From Tubiluchus corallicola (taxonomy: Eukaryota > Animalia > Priapulida), in contig JAQGDQ010000847.1 of assembly GCA_030141605.1 (NCBI GenBank), forward strand, positions 1-64,000: a stretch of DNA of 64,000 bases. The letters run 5' to 3'. The translations under genes and the position numbers were made by a program. Position 1 is the stretch's first letter, and the number at the start of each line of letters is the position of its first letter. The notes below the pieces were generated by a model. It saw only the letters and a program-made list of their open reading frames with translations, was not told the origin of the DNA and made no database searches. Shown piece by piece: positions 11,787-37,300 of this stretch.

Positions 11787-13031
11787 CTAATCACCAAGTA
11801 ATTCTGCTGCAAGCAGGGCTCTCGCCATTCGTCCAAATGGACTAGTTAAATTCTGAATATTATTTTCATCATGTTGCTTAATAGTGTCTTCTGGTGTCAA
11901 ATAATACCTATGATTGTACATTAGATGAATAGCGTCATACTTGTCCCAGTCTAAATCACCATAGAAGATATCATAACATAAGTTCTCCACACCCAGTCGC
12001 TGCGTCTCAGCATGAACTAGTTCCGGATGCTGCCACAGAACTTTTGTCGTCATCATCTCACTGTGAGTATAATCCGCGTCACTATCGTTGAAAGCACGGA
12101 GCGAGGAATAATATAGATGCAAGAAGGTTGAGTTCACATTTGACATGAGTACTGCATTCGATATGTACTGACCAGCTGGCCAGCCTAAACTAAATGGAAA
12201 CTTTCTGTAAAGATCTAGCGAATTAACTACTATGACGTCATTGTCTAAATAAATTCCACCGAATTTTAGGAGCACTGCTATCCGCGCTACTTCGGATGCC
12301 TGTTCAAGGGTTAGCACTTTTTTGTCATAGATACGTCTGATTCGAGGCATTGGTAAAACCTCGATTTTAGTACTGAAACTAACTAAATAATCCCAATATT
12401 TACCAGAAAGTTTTTTATTGCAGTGAATATAGATCTTTTCAGGATTTACGTTTAATAGCACAGACTTTATACACAACATTTCAACAAACGTTAACATTGC
12501 CTGATTAAAGCGAATGAAATGAACAATATTTGGCACTAGAAACCCGTAGTTGTCTGGACGGCAAGGTGGCGTTTCCATTAGGTTTGGATCAAACAAATCT
12601 CTAGAAATTTCCATATTTCTGAAATGGTGGCTCAAACCTACATCTTCTTCGGTCAAATGTTTGGGATCAGCTGTGTTTAGCTTTTCTCTGCCATTGGCAG
12701 CGCTGACCAGATAATTTTTTATTGTTTGGTTTCGTTCATATCTTTGCATAAATGTAAGCACCTCGTAAGTGGTAACTTCTTGCAAATATTTTTTGTGTAC
12801 ATTTTTAATTCCACGGTGATCAAACTGTGCATGTTTTACTCTTGCGCTGATAGCCATATTGAGAAAACTATGCGAAGGCTCATTTTTGTCTAAGTTACCT
12901 ATTTTGTAGTTTCTTTGGCTTATAAAGACATATAATAACAAAAACTTGATGCAAAGTATATACAAAATGATAACGTTGTAACGTTTATTCACTAATTTGA
13001 ACTTTTTCTTCACAAGCGGTAATAACTTCAT
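11787..13031 (-). CDS. GT32-family DXD glycosyltransferase (alpha-1,4-GlcNAc/Gal transferase-like), type II membrane protein, 414 aa
   Basis: Uninterrupted ORF. Basic N-terminus followed by a hydrophobic anchor (VIILYILCIKFLLLYVFI), then VPNIVHFI, ASEVARIAVLLKFGGIYLDNDVIV (DxD) and ISNAVLMS motifs of the Gly_transf_sug family. A splice acceptor (ttttccag) about 45 nt upstream of the ATG implies a 5' UTR intron. Confidence 0.88.
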   Translation of the reverse strand: MKLLPLVKKKFKLVNKRYNVIILYILCIKFLLLYVFISQRNYKIGNLDKNEPSHSFLNMAISARVKHAQFDHRGIKNVHKKYLQEVTTYEVLTFMQRYERNQTIKNYLVSAANGREKLNTADPKHLTEEDVGLSHHFRNMEISRDLFDPNLMETPPCRPDNYGFLVPNIVHFIRFNQAMLTFVEMLCIKSVLLNVNPEKIYIHCNKKLSGKYWDYLVSFSTKIEVLPMPRIRRIYDKKVLTLEQASEVARIAVLLKFGGIYLDNDVIVVNSLDLYRKFPFSLGWPAGQYISNAVLMSNVNSTFLHLYYSSLRAFNDSDADYTHSEMMTTKVLWQHPELVHAETQRLGVENLCYDIFYGDLDWDKYDAIHLMYNHRYYLTPEDTIKQHDENNIQNLTSPFGRMARALLAAELLGD

Positions 13032-14976
13032 ATTGTAAATGCGATCTCCTTCTCGTGTCCCATCACTTCCTTTTTCCTGGAAAAGAAACTGAAATGGAAA
13101 ATGAAATTTAACAAAAGATACTAAATTGCAAAAATTTAACCGTTAACATAAAATGACCTTGCTCACCTTTTACTTTTTTTAATTCTACTCCCTACTGCGC
13201 ACCTTTTAAACTGAGCTATTAAACAGTTTTAATCATTCGCAATTAAAAAATATGATGTCTATAACACATTTAACGTCACGATTGTTTTTGCCACATGAAT
13301 AGTTAATGATTCAGAGAGAAAAATACAAAAAATCTTTTAACCACATTGTCAAAACAGTCTAAAAGCTTTGCGCTCAGTTTTGTGTCCTTTACATAGCCTG
13401 AAATAAGACTGATGAAATTTATTAGATCTCCATACTGTTATATCTGTTTCAACTCTATATTATCTAGCAACATTTAACGGACTTTTTAAGGCTGCATCAC
13501 TTTATTTTCAGCGAATCCTACAAGGATCGAGGTAAAATTTACACCGATTTGATATGAAATCCAAAGGGTCAAAATTGCAAATTAGTCGCCAATAAGTGTT
13601 GTTTACACTACGGAGATGGATCCCCTTAATCCTTTCATATATTTAGTGACTTCATCCAGTTTCACCTTTCCTCTATTTACACTTCATGTTGGTATGAAAA
13701 CTGTCGGTGTCCCTGCATACAATGAAAAGTGCTTCGTCAGAGCTATGCTGTTCCCAGCAGAGAGCAACGAGAGGACGGGTATATATATTCTGTATACAAT
13801 ACAAAATTAAAGCGGGTCGACTTCTAATAACCATATAAAGATGGTAGTCAAGCAAATACCACTACCCATAGTGAGTATTTGCTGTTTACATCATTGTATT
13901 GACTCTTCACATCGTATTCGGATCTAAAAAGTACACTACGTGTAGAGTATTTTCTACTTACTGTAAATGGGGTTAATAAAACCAAAGCGCTGAGTCCTGT
14001 CACTAATGGAGCAGCATAATGAAACCATTAAAAACTTTCTACGTATAAAAAACGTTTGTATCGCAGAAAAAACTGACTTAATGCTACAGGTAACTGGGCG
14101 TAACTTCGAGTGAGATAAGTTAACCAGTTCAGGCGAGAAATAACATTCTAAGTTGTTACGAAATTTTACAACATTGCAGAATAAAGCAACAATAACAATT
14201 AAAGTAACAAAGCCACCAATAAGCAAAACTAGTACCTATATATAAACAGTGCATAGTCAGAAGAAGGAAGTACATTTTACTGAAACAGCAAAAACAAACA
14301 ACTCTTCAAAATATACATCAATATCAGATATAACTAACATATTATTATCAAAAATTACTAACATTAATATAGTTATGTATAAATTTATAACGCTGCTTAC
14401 CCGGAAAAATTACTGTAATCATTGTAAAAACAATTATAAAGAAAAATATCAGGTTCCCAAGCTCAAGATTTCAGACGGCAATTTAGAACCGGAAGGGAGC
14501 AACCTATTACTTGGCAGTCAGCTAAATGTAACAGTTATAGACCTAATTATCGCAGACATTAATAACAATTATATTAAAATTCACAAATCACATTATATGT
14601 ACTCACTTATTAAGTTATTGGCACATTTCACAAAATTAATATGAATATTACAAACAATTAAACACGTTATATATGAGTATATAGAAAACCACGTAGAGCT
14701 CTACATTTGCATTTTGCTAGTTTTACCTTTCCACACTAAATAATTAAGGAAAATAAGTTTACTAGGAAGCAAACGAAGCATAAGCGTTGCAGGTCATCGC
14801 TCTTACTCTACTTGTTGGAGATTACTGTAAATACTGGGTGATTTCATCTTTCACTTGCTGGTATTGTACGGAATCAGAAAGCAGAACATCACACCTCTCT
14901 GCTCATTCTACTCTTTTCCTATGTTAGTTCTACTCATAGAGAACGCACACGTCACACAACAAGCCATAACACATAG

Positions 14977-16015
<1,039 letters not shown>

Positions 16016-16231
16016 CCTTAATAGAGGGCAACTTGCTATAAATAGAAATTTTCCCTTCTATAAGTTTGTTTTTATTATAACAACTATAGTCATGATTATG
16101 TTATTAAGTCATTACTATATCATAATTACAGTCGTTAAGTAACAATTCGGTGCAATATTAATAGTAGCTATACTCATTATAGTTTGTTTCAGCCTGTGAA
16201 AAGACTAATATTGGGTGATATGCAACTTGAG

Positions 16232-16320
16232 ATGAGTGGATGGCTGAGTTGCCTTGCATGTATGCCTCGCGTGGATGGTTAGTGGCCGCCTAGGTTCGAT
16301 ACTAGCTCTTGGCGGTTTTG
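16232..16320 (+). mobile_element. Possible tRNA-derived SINE head
   Basis: A-box-like GGATGGCTGAGT and B-box-like GGTTCGATACT about 55 nt apart. No cloverleaf. Confidence 0.3.
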
Positions 16321-16457
16321 TTCGTCATACTGAGTGTAGCTGTTTACCTCCCCTGTAGACGTTGCAAAGGTTGCAAAGCGCTTCTACTAATTCCGTGGCT
16401 CATTTTAGCGAGATCTTTGATGCCGAACCAACCTATTCATATTCAGTAGGCCATACA

Positions 16458-16604
<147 letters not shown>

Positions 16605-19600
16605 AGTCTGTGTAGTTCCGTCCCCAACACTAATCACACAGTCACATAATCTGCTCTTTTTCATCCACAAACTTTTTAAGTCTTCACCTCCTTAATGGTA
16701 TATAAAGCTAATGTTTCGCATTAAAAACACACCGATCCTGTTTACACTGTGCGTCAGATGAAGCCTCACAGGTTCCTATAAACTGCTTTTTACCTGCCAG
16801 CCGTATTACGTTACCTGCATGTACAATATTTTCTTAGCAGATGACTTCGTTTGGCTTCTTATTCTTATTTTAAGGCGTGTGATAAAATAGTTGAATGTAA
16901 TTCTCCAGGTTGGACTTGCCCATCTGTCATCACATCAGTTACCACAGTCCCTCAGATGCCATGTGTGGTATTTTAGTCTTGAAATCTCCAATTTTGTACA
17001 CCCCTTAATTCTAGCTGCAATAGATACATAGTTGAATAAGTTTGCAACTTTTGCAAATGAAAATAGTGTATGACATCACAATAATTCGTAGTACATGTAA
17101 AATAAACATTAAACAGGACAAGGCCACCGGTCACTATGTAATTGTCTGAGCTCCTATCATAGATCTCCACCCTGCAAGTTGGTGACTAGGTATTCTGGTT
17201 TTAGAGTTATTCAGTATCGTAGCAGAGAAACAACTGACAGTTTATTTATACGAAAATTCGGCGCGTATTGCAGAAACTTAATAAAATAAATAAATAATTG
17301 TAGGAGTTTCAAGAAGATTTTGCTAATGCAGCATCTTAATATATGGTTGGTAAACAACAAAATACTGCAGTGTATTGCAAAATCTTAACAATTTGAGCAG
17401 TTCTGAACAAAATTTAAAAAAATCGTTGAGACCGGGTGTACAACAATAAATTGCCGTCCTGCCACGACCTTGCTAGTGAGTGCGTGACACGGGCTTACAG
17501 TGCATGATACTCGAGGAAATGTCAACTGCAGGAAGTTACGGCATTGATTGTAGCAAACGTTTTTAAATTTTCAGTCAGTAATTAGTGTTCTTGTATATAC
17601 GCGAATGTATTCAAAAGCTCTCTGCGTTATTTGATACGCAATTGCTTGTTTATAAAATGAAACACCTTTGCCGGTTCATTGGCTCATCTTATAGAGGGAT
17701 GTGCTTGATAACAAGGCAGGCTCAGGTCACGCCACAAACATCTCATTGAGCAACGAGTAGGACCTGCCCTTTACGTGCTTTCTGGTGTGCTGGGTGCTGA
17801 AGTTTATAAAAATACCTGGGCTTACTACAACTTTAAATAAAAGCTAATCAAGCTGTTGATTTTGACTATGTAAACAGGTTCTATCATTTTGGCGTCAACC
17901 CGTAACAAACTAACAATAATGAAATTAAAATTATATAATTACATTTTTTATAAATACGTGTAATAATCTGTTAGGGGATTCCACACACTAAATCATACTA
18001 CACTCATTTCGAAATTTAGTGCTGTCATCATATTAATTGTTATTCTATTAAACGTACACAAGAAATTTCTCAAAAGACAAAAAACGTCCATTTTAAATTC
18101 GACAAATTTTGTTAAAAAAGGACTGTAGTAAAAGTAAATAACTGTTTTAGTATGTAAGCGAGTACGTTTGCGGTCATTTTCTAAATTTTTATAACAGAAA
18201 CGTAGAAATTCCTCACAAGAACAATATAGGTTGAGTTTTGATTTCACAATTTTTTAAAGTGTGCTATTCTATTTTTATACAATTCGGTGCACTTTTAGGT
18301 AGGCCTATATTTACGAGATACACTATCTGTACGGCGCATTGAAGCCTAGTTACACATGTAAATTTAAACTAGGTTCAAAATAACTCCGGCGTTTTTGTTC
18401 AAACTAGGTTAGATACACTCCCATTTGGTTCAGATTACCACTCCAAAAACGAAGTTTATAATCAGTGAAATTATCTTGTAGTTTTAGAATTTACGTTTAT
18501 ACTTAGTTTCGGAAAGGTCAACCCATTACAATTAAAAAGTGCGATTTCAGCAATATGAAAAAAAAGAATAATTTTGCGCAAAACAAGTTTTTTGTTGCAT
18601 GTTCATAAAAATTGCACGAATGTAGGTAAAAATGGCACAGATACAAATGGCACAAATGGAAAAGCAGGAAAAATGGCATGTGTGTGTGTGTGTGTGTTAC
18701 AAATAGTTTCCACATAAACTTTTCCAAACGCTCCGCCAAGTTCGAAAAATACAAAGTTTCGTGTTCGTCTGATTCTTTTGATAGAAAAAGCATAAAGCCA
18801 AGATAAACAGAGGTAGACATAATTAAAATAATAAATAACTGTGCCCTGTTGTACAGTACGTTTAGGAACAATCATTTGTCTGCCTAAGTCCACGACTATA
18901 CCTATTATAAAAAATCGTAAAAAATATTTGGCAGTAAATTACTTGAGTAGCTGCACATAAAACAAAAATTTTTGAACTGATTAACAATGTCAATGATTTT
19001 ACGAACATTTTTAATAAACCGAATTTTAGTATGTGTGCTTTAAAGGATACATAGGCATTCATAAAATCAAAACAATTTTCATCATAAGTCTGTGTATTCA
19101 GAGTCAGATTGGTCTATTTAACAACACACATCAGAAGAATGCCTCGTAACGTCTCGTTATAATATCGCTAAGATGAGTTGACAATTTGCCGTTTTTTATG
19201 TCCATACACTGTGCTTTTACCACACCACAGGCACTTAAGATACACTCTTCCATCATAAAGCGTATATTAACCGGTGAAGTAATTTGGGTATTATTTAGCC
19301 TAATTTTATTTTACCGAGAGTATATTGAAACTTGTGGTAGCTTAAAACTGTTACATCGCAAGATGCGAACCTAGTAGCGAACTCAGGCGGGCACGAAACC
19401 TTGCGGTATTCAGGCAAAGTACGTATGTGCAGTTATAATCCCGAAATCAACATTTATTTCACTTGCATGCATGATCATGATATTGCTTTAGGATAGCTTG
19501 CTACTGAACATCCTTGACATAAGTTTAAAGAAAAATTTGTTAATGATGCCAATTTGGATTAACTAGTTATTGGATTTAACTTGTTTTCGGAACTAAACTG

Positions 19601-19917
19601 CGAACAATATGGTTAGTATAATGAATTATTAGAACGATTAGCAAATATGTGCACAAATGTGTACATATCAGTAAAAAACGCTGCCGGCTTTTTACATGTA
19701 TACAGGAAACGAGATTGGAAATCTTGGCAAATTACAGTTCTATGTAAATGAACGATGTTGCCAACTAAAATACGTCATTGAGCCCTGGGTTACTGAATTT
19801 CTTCTTTAGCTTATAAATGAACGGGCGTCAATTAGTCTGAATAAGTCTGAGGCAAGCATAGTTGTCATAGTGAATTGCCTGGGTCAGAATCAGTATGTGA
19901 GCGAGCACTTTCCAAAT

Positions 19918-20119
19918 TAATCTAATTACGACGCTAGCTTCTTCCTAAGATGCCTGTATTAAAGAAACAAGCTGAAAAGATTTTATTAAAAGCTTTCACA
20001 GTCGCCATGTTTTAGTTGCCAGTGTTCTGAAATACTGCTAAATTTTCGGATTCCTTTGCGTTGCTTGTATATATACCGGACAAGCATCCGAATAATAATC
20101 CGACGATCCGGGCTAATCC
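19918..20119 (+). promoter_or_regulatory. Candidate proximal regulatory region of the homeobox gene: P3 palindrome, TATA-like element, two K50 sites
   Basis: TAATCTAATTA (19918-19928) matches P3 TAATYNRATTA. TATATATA at 20068-20075. TAATCC at 20096-20101 and 20114-20119. All lie within 330 bp of the predicted ATG. Confidence 0.4.
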
Positions 20120-20241
20120 GGTCTTGTACCACCTTGATTAAATTCGGGAAAAATCTTTATCGATTTGCGCATCTCGGTTTTGGTAAGAAGAGACGACGAC
20201 CCAGCTTGCGCATTCAGAGCTTCTCTTTCTGATTAGTACTG

Positions 20242-31069
<10,828 letters not shown>

Positions 31070-33415
31070 ATGACTATTAAAACAAAAGTCTTTAATCCAA
31101 AAGAAATGTGGTAAGCATGTCAACCCAAATATCAGAAAACAAACAGAAAATTGTATTAGAAAAGTTGCCTTGTCTACGTATACGTTTGCATTCATCACAT
31201 GATTTGTGATTTGATGATTATGGCGATCATGACAATGATCACAATGATGAAGGTGACTATCGTTGGTGTGATAGTAATGATAATGGTGACGGTAAAGAAG
31301 ATGACATCACTGACGTCGTTAGCGACGCCAAAGATGGCAATGGCAAAAAAATATTTCTGTTTATGCATTATCCTTTTAAAGGGCTGTGATCTAAATTCGT
31401 CAATTAGTAAATTGATCGTAGTCATACCGTCATGACAATACATGACTACGCAGATACACGAATATTTTAAGTACAAAACCTTAATGTGATGCAAAACTCG
31501 CTGAGCGGTTATTCTATGGGAAAACTTAGTAATGTTTATCAAATTGCTTCGGCCTCTAATGGCGTTATTTCCCTTTTCTTAAACTTTGAGAGGTTTCCGT
31601 CTTTATGTCGCAAATAAACAGCTTGAATTATTATAATGCGCTACACGCAACCACGGTAGGTTTTCCATTAGAACTTATACAAAGAGCATGAGCTAAGAAG
31701 GTGGAGACAGGCCATTTGGGCGCGGCCGTTTAGGCGCCTGCTACGTACGTAACTCTATATCATAAGAACACCGTGACATTATTTCTGTGTAGTGTTGCTA
31801 GAGCCCTGTATCATATTTACATAGTAAATGATACAAGGCTCTGGTGTTGCAAATCATATTACCTATATCAGGTTGAAATTTTGGGCACCCACGTCCATTA
31901 CCTGATTACCATCTAACTTCTAGAACACTTCTTAAAGTTTTTGTAAGAAATAATTATTTTTCTAAATACGATCGTGTTTTTAAAAAACAAAAAGCCAAAA
32001 CGCCGCTTAGCATTATGTAAGAGCAAGTGAACGCATAGATGTATCGTGCACTTCGCGAGAAATGTGGCAAAAACATTTTAATAACATAATTGTTAAAATC
32101 CTGATATTTATAATCATACGTTACGTATTTGGCTCATTAATTGATCTGTTTAATTGATTACTTTCGAGTGCGTAGTTAGTACAAACAACTAAACTATGCA
32201 TTAGACGTCCGTTTCTTCTGAAGCACATCAAGATAAAAACTCAGTAAATATAGTATTGAGATATAGTAGTTGAATTGCAGTAAGTATCGCTAAATTTTGT
32301 TTTGACTAGATCTTGTGATGTACTGTTTTGTGTTGTATTGAATATTTTTAAACTAAACTGCTATCATATCTTGATAAAATGCTAATCTAAACTTCCAGTG
32401 TTTTCTTCTGCTTCGTTCGTTTTACAAACAACACATTAACACAAAAAGTGGAAAACCAGACAGTGCAGAGTCAATTGACTGATTTGAATAGTTGTGACAC
32501 GTTACTACATATTAAATTTCGTGAATTGATTTTAAAAAAATATTATGTATAATATTTTTATTCATACATAACTTGTACATTTTGAGTTGAGACATAATAA
32601 TATTGTAAGACTTAGGAAGATAGTGAATCATTAAAAATAAAAAAACAAAAATAAAAGAATTAGGTACAACATTGAATTTCATTGGTGTACAAATGTGCCG
32701 TGGCCAAGTGTCCCCGTGCCCAAATGTCCTGTGCCCAGGTGTTACCGTTCCCAAATGGCCATGCATAAAATATCACATGCCCACAAGGTGGTAACTATAG
32801 ACCTACTGAAAGTTAGTGACAACATTTTAATGCTTCCTATGCCGTGAGTATTTAGGGGTAAAAGTTTGATCCGAATATTATGGTGTATACAATAGTACGA
32901 CAATGATTTTCACGAGCCACAAACAATAAAAAATCCCTTGTTCTATTATCTAGGCTACTTCGTACAATAAATTCTGTTTGACATAATACATATAATATTT
33001 CTCAATTTTTTTTGTTTGTGGTCATACCTGCGGGTGTGGGAGTTTTTCACATCTAAGAGTAGGTAAAGATTTTGGAATATCCGGAGATGACAGCAGCAGT
33101 AACACACAATTAGATTTTTCTTAGCGCAGTCTCATTAGAAATCAGTTCCTGGTCGAAAAAATCCTCTGAACTTAAACAATTCGCCACCCCCGCTCAACCC
33201 CTGCAAATTCATCGTAGGCTTAATACGCTCAGTCTACAAATCGCGCAAGTGTGGTCTGCTAAGTGACGTAAAATACAAATTTTAGTCTAAATAGATTGAC
33301 ACTTTAAAGAAATGGTGGTGCTGGTGATGAAAATGAAAGTTGTGGGAAGTTTTTAAAAACGGTGCGATAATAGTATATGACAATGTTGATACTGATGCTA
33401 GAGAAATATTATAGG

Positions 33416-33930
33416 CAGGCCCTATTTCAAGGGGGGGGAGTGGGGATACTTCCCCGGGGCCTCACCCTCCAGGTGGGGGCCTCGCGCCGAGGTAACTTTT
33501 TTTTTGCTTTATGCGAACATACTGCCTCTTCTCTCCCTCTCCTCTCTTGCCGCACGAGCGCCGTTTGCCTTGTTTGGCTCGGTGTCGATGTTCAGCTGTT
33601 TTCAATTTCGGAATTTCTAACACCGGCTTGTACGGAAGTGAGAGTACGGTATTACATATTGCAAAGATGTTGTTGTTTATTTGACTATTTGACAAGTATT
33701 AAGGACTGGTCTTGAGAATAAAACAGTTTTTCTTTCAATTGTTCTCTCCTTTAACAACTGTATAACTCCATATTTTTTCTTCGAAAATGCTTCTCCGGCG
33801 TTCTAGCAGTTCAAAAATTTTCTGGGCGCCAACCATGGTGGCACCGCTCCGCAGCGCTTCGCCCCCCCCCCCGACAAGGGCCTCACACACCCCACTCCCC
33901 CGGGCCTCGCTTAGGCTGAAATAGGCCCTG
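33416..33930. mobile_element. hAT-type MITE (515 bp)
   Basis: TIRs CAGGCCCTATTTCA and TGAAATAGGCCCTG (13/14 match). 8-bp TSD ATTATAGG (33408-33415) and ACTATAGG (33931-33938). Confidence 0.75.
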
Positions 33931-34046
33931 ACTATAGGTATTCTAATAGGCCGATGCATGATCCACCATCGTTGCATAAGTTTTTTAACATACACTTCTA
34001 TTCGCGAGTGTTAACGTCTCGGATCTATAAGAAAACCAATACGCTG

Positions 34047-35039
34047 ATTTTTTAATTTCGGTATGTGTGGCATCCAGCTCTCCAGTTAATTCATGTTTAA
34101 ACCTGCAAACACACAAAGCTAGAGTCTTACAGAAAGTTTCTTACGCACAAGAAAGTTACAGGGTAGTAGTAGGGGCCTTGAAAGTGGCGTGGTAAAAGGT
34201 CAAGGACACTGGACGTTGATCAGTTTTTCGATTGCCGTTCAACTCCTTCCAGGGCGGCCTTAAACTAAATTCAAATTTTTTCATACGCATTTAAGTATAT
34301 TTGGAATTTTAAAAAACTGTTTAGGGCCGGAGATAGAAGTCAAAATGCATAACATTGAATAACTCTAAAACTATAGTAACTAGAGTGATGAAACTTGCAG
34401 GGTATATTCCTGGAATATTCGTCCGACAATCATGGTGTATGAAAAAACTAGAACTAATTAAAATTCCGACACAGGAGCCAAAATTTGAAAAAGGGGCCAA
34501 CATCTTTGTCTCTCAAGTCAAACATTGTCAATGTCTAACATTAAATAACTCCCAAGATAGACAGGCATCTAAATATTATGGAGTAGACGTGTGTGTGGGG
34601 TAGAAACAGTTTGGATGCGATTTTTAAGGGCTGGTGATCGACCAAAAATGCATAACGCTAAACAATTCCAAAACTATAGTAACTCTATAGTAAACTATAG
34701 AGTCCCACATCAGTAAGCCGTATTAGGCCAAAAAAGTGATAAACACTGTCATGCTTGAATTGAAATTGTTTGAGAGCCCGATGCAGGAGTCGAAACTCGA
34801 AACAAAGATGGGAGCCGAAATGTGACAATTAGATCAAACTGCTTAACCGAACTAGTAAACCGCGTTAGGCCAGGTACAGTCAAGTGACAATTAGACACGA
34901 ATACCTTGCACACTGATTAGTCGCACTTGAGCGTAATAATCTACTAGTATTTACATGAGTTAACAACACTCGACCAGGCATAGTCTGGTTAAAACACCTT
35001 ATGCTCGCGGACTTGATCTCAATTCATTCAGCCTTGTTA
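34047..35039 (+). mobile_element. Dispersed repeat, probably Helentron-derived (HINE-like), copy A
   Basis: Shares several blocks with 54935-55460 (AGGGGCCTTGAAAGT, CTAAAACTATAGTAACT, ACACTCGACCAG...ATTCAG.CTTG). T-rich ends and no TSD. Confidence 0.6.
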
Positions 35040-36659
35040 GACTAAAACGAGGCCGCCATGATTTCATGATTTAATTTGTTTATTTACAGCAAGTCAGCGA
35101 AAAGTGCAGCACTACAACATATAGAACTTGACTTTTTGTTAGTATTCACTGATGGTCTTTCCTCAGAAGCCAGCAAACAAACAAACGAGTAAATGTGATT
35201 ACAGTCATCATACTGGACACTCAGATAGAATCCTCTAGTAATCTCTGCCGCTTTGTGTAAAACAGATTCCTCAGCAAACTTTCAAATTAGCTCTCAATGC
35301 TCTCGCCATACTAGAGTTTGCATTTGAAAAGAAACTGACTTCAACATGCCACTGGAAGTAATCAATGATGAATGGACATGCACCCAGGGGAGAGCTGTAA
35401 GATTAGACAGTCAACAGAATTATAATGTGCTGTACAACTAAGCCAGAACGAAGTTTTGACCTGCAACTACCAGGTGACAGCACAAAGACACTATTGCTCA
35501 AGTGTCATAGTCTTACGAGGCAACGAGGTATGGAACGGGGGGAGGGAGGGTTGTAGACCTCTTAAGGCGAATTAATTGTACATTTTCAGGACAAAAGCTG
35601 GTTATTTTCAGAGAAAAATTATTTTACTTTTCAGTTTTAAAAAACTGCTTGTGTACTGCATTTTTTGTACAGCGACGTGCTTTTAAATTAACATAAATAC
35701 CTGCTATCAAACTTAGTTCGCTAAACCATATAAGTCCTTTTATACACTTTTCAAGTACATGATCAGCAGTGTACTGACAAGGTTATAGATATGTTTGAAA
35801 CTGACCGTTACCATTATTTCGATCTCAAACATCAGAAAAGGTATATCTGAAAATATTTGCGTATGTGTTCACTGAAACCACAAACCTTTGGCTTGTGTCT
35901 TGTTAGACTTATGACTTTTAGTAAACATTATTATAATTTGGATTTCTTGTATTTATATCAGGTGGCGTAATAAACATGACGAATTTTTGATTATGACATA
36001 AAAAATCACTTGAAAATTACCCATGTGGCATACAATTACGTTAAACATAAACACATTCGGTTATTCCATTAGATTTTCCAAAGGCACAGAAATTTTAAAT
36101 CAGCAAGTCACAAAAATATGTCACTATTATTAAAATTTACGGCAAGTACTGTAAAACTTTTAACGCAGTCTAGACGAAGGTGTTTTTTTTTCGAAACAGC
36201 CAAAACCGTATCTCACTCCTTTAAGGGGTATTGGTCCACCCCTCAGCCTCAACAATTTTTGCCTTTAGTTCCTCTGTATCAAACAGCTCTCGACAGCCAT
36301 GGTACATTCTCTTTAAGGAATTTCAGATACATGTAGACTGAGACCTTTCTTTTAGACTTTTTGTCCATACAGAGATATGGTGATCCTGAGAATTAAGTCT
36401 CACTTTTTTAATTTTTGTCAATATCCAGAATGAGTTGGATGTTTTAAAAGAATTAGAACTATGCCAAAAAATTACAACGCATCTTACAGGTAGAGCGGTA
36501 CAGAGATTGCAAAAAATGTCCACAGTTATTCATCTAATCATAAACCATTCCAATGTCATTTCCTCGAAAATACCGTAGCGCCACTTAAAGAATAAATTTT
36601 TATTCTGGTAGCACAGAGAACTTATTTTATGCCAAAGCTTTAATGCGTGTTTAATGAAC

Positions 36660-36867
36660 ATTACCAGCACCTTCCCCTGAACATTCCTGTTCTCTAGAAA
36701 GAAGGGGTATAAGTTTTCCGAGAAAGTGTCATTTTTGGAGGCTTCTTGCCTCCTGTTAGGTCCGATTTGAAAAATAAACCCTCAATGGTAAAGGACTGAA
36801 TCGAGACCTTTTGTTTGATGCATAGATTGCCAAAAATGTTGTCGTCCTGGGAGCTGTAGCCTCGAAT

Positions 36868-36899
<32 letters not shown>
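36660..36899 (-). mobile_element. Diverged 5' fragment of the Helitron family at 1-3614
   Basis: CATTTTTGGAGG...GAAAAATAAACC...TCGAGACCTTT.GTTTGAT...GCTGTAGCCTCGAATCTTATATATA aligns to about 890-1135. It ends in an expanded (TA)n/(CA)n tract. Confidence 0.75.
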
Positions 36900-36903
<4 letters not shown>

Positions 36904-36945
36904 CACATACACACATGCATACATACATGCATGCATGCACGCACG

Positions 36946-36982
<37 letters not shown>

Positions 36983-37051
36983 ACACACACACATATATGC
37001 ATACAAACTTAATTATACAGATGGGACATAGAAATGCTCTCTTTCTGTTTA

Positions 37052-37300
37052 ATGCCAAATTTTCCGGTACCAAATTTTTCTAGTACAAAATTTTCCCGGC
37101 ACCGTATTTTCTTAGTACCAAAATTTTCTTGCACATGTACCACACTTTTTCAGTGCTAAACATTCCAGTTATACCATACTTTAACTCAACCAAACATTCC
37201 TATAATAAATTTTCCTAGTAGCAAATTCTGCCAAAACCAAACTTTCCTGGTACCAAGTTTTACCTGTACCAAATCGCCAGTACCAAACTTTCCTACATTT
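37052..37300. repeat. Array of ~15-bp degenerate repeats (TACCAAATTTTCC core)
   Basis: Recurring gtaccaaatttttc / taccaaaattttc / taccaaactttcc units. Confidence 0.55.

Noticed and set aside
36221-36590. TTAA-flanked segment suggesting a Kolobok or piggyBac element
   Set aside because: The ends inside the TTAA sites are not convincing inverted repeats.
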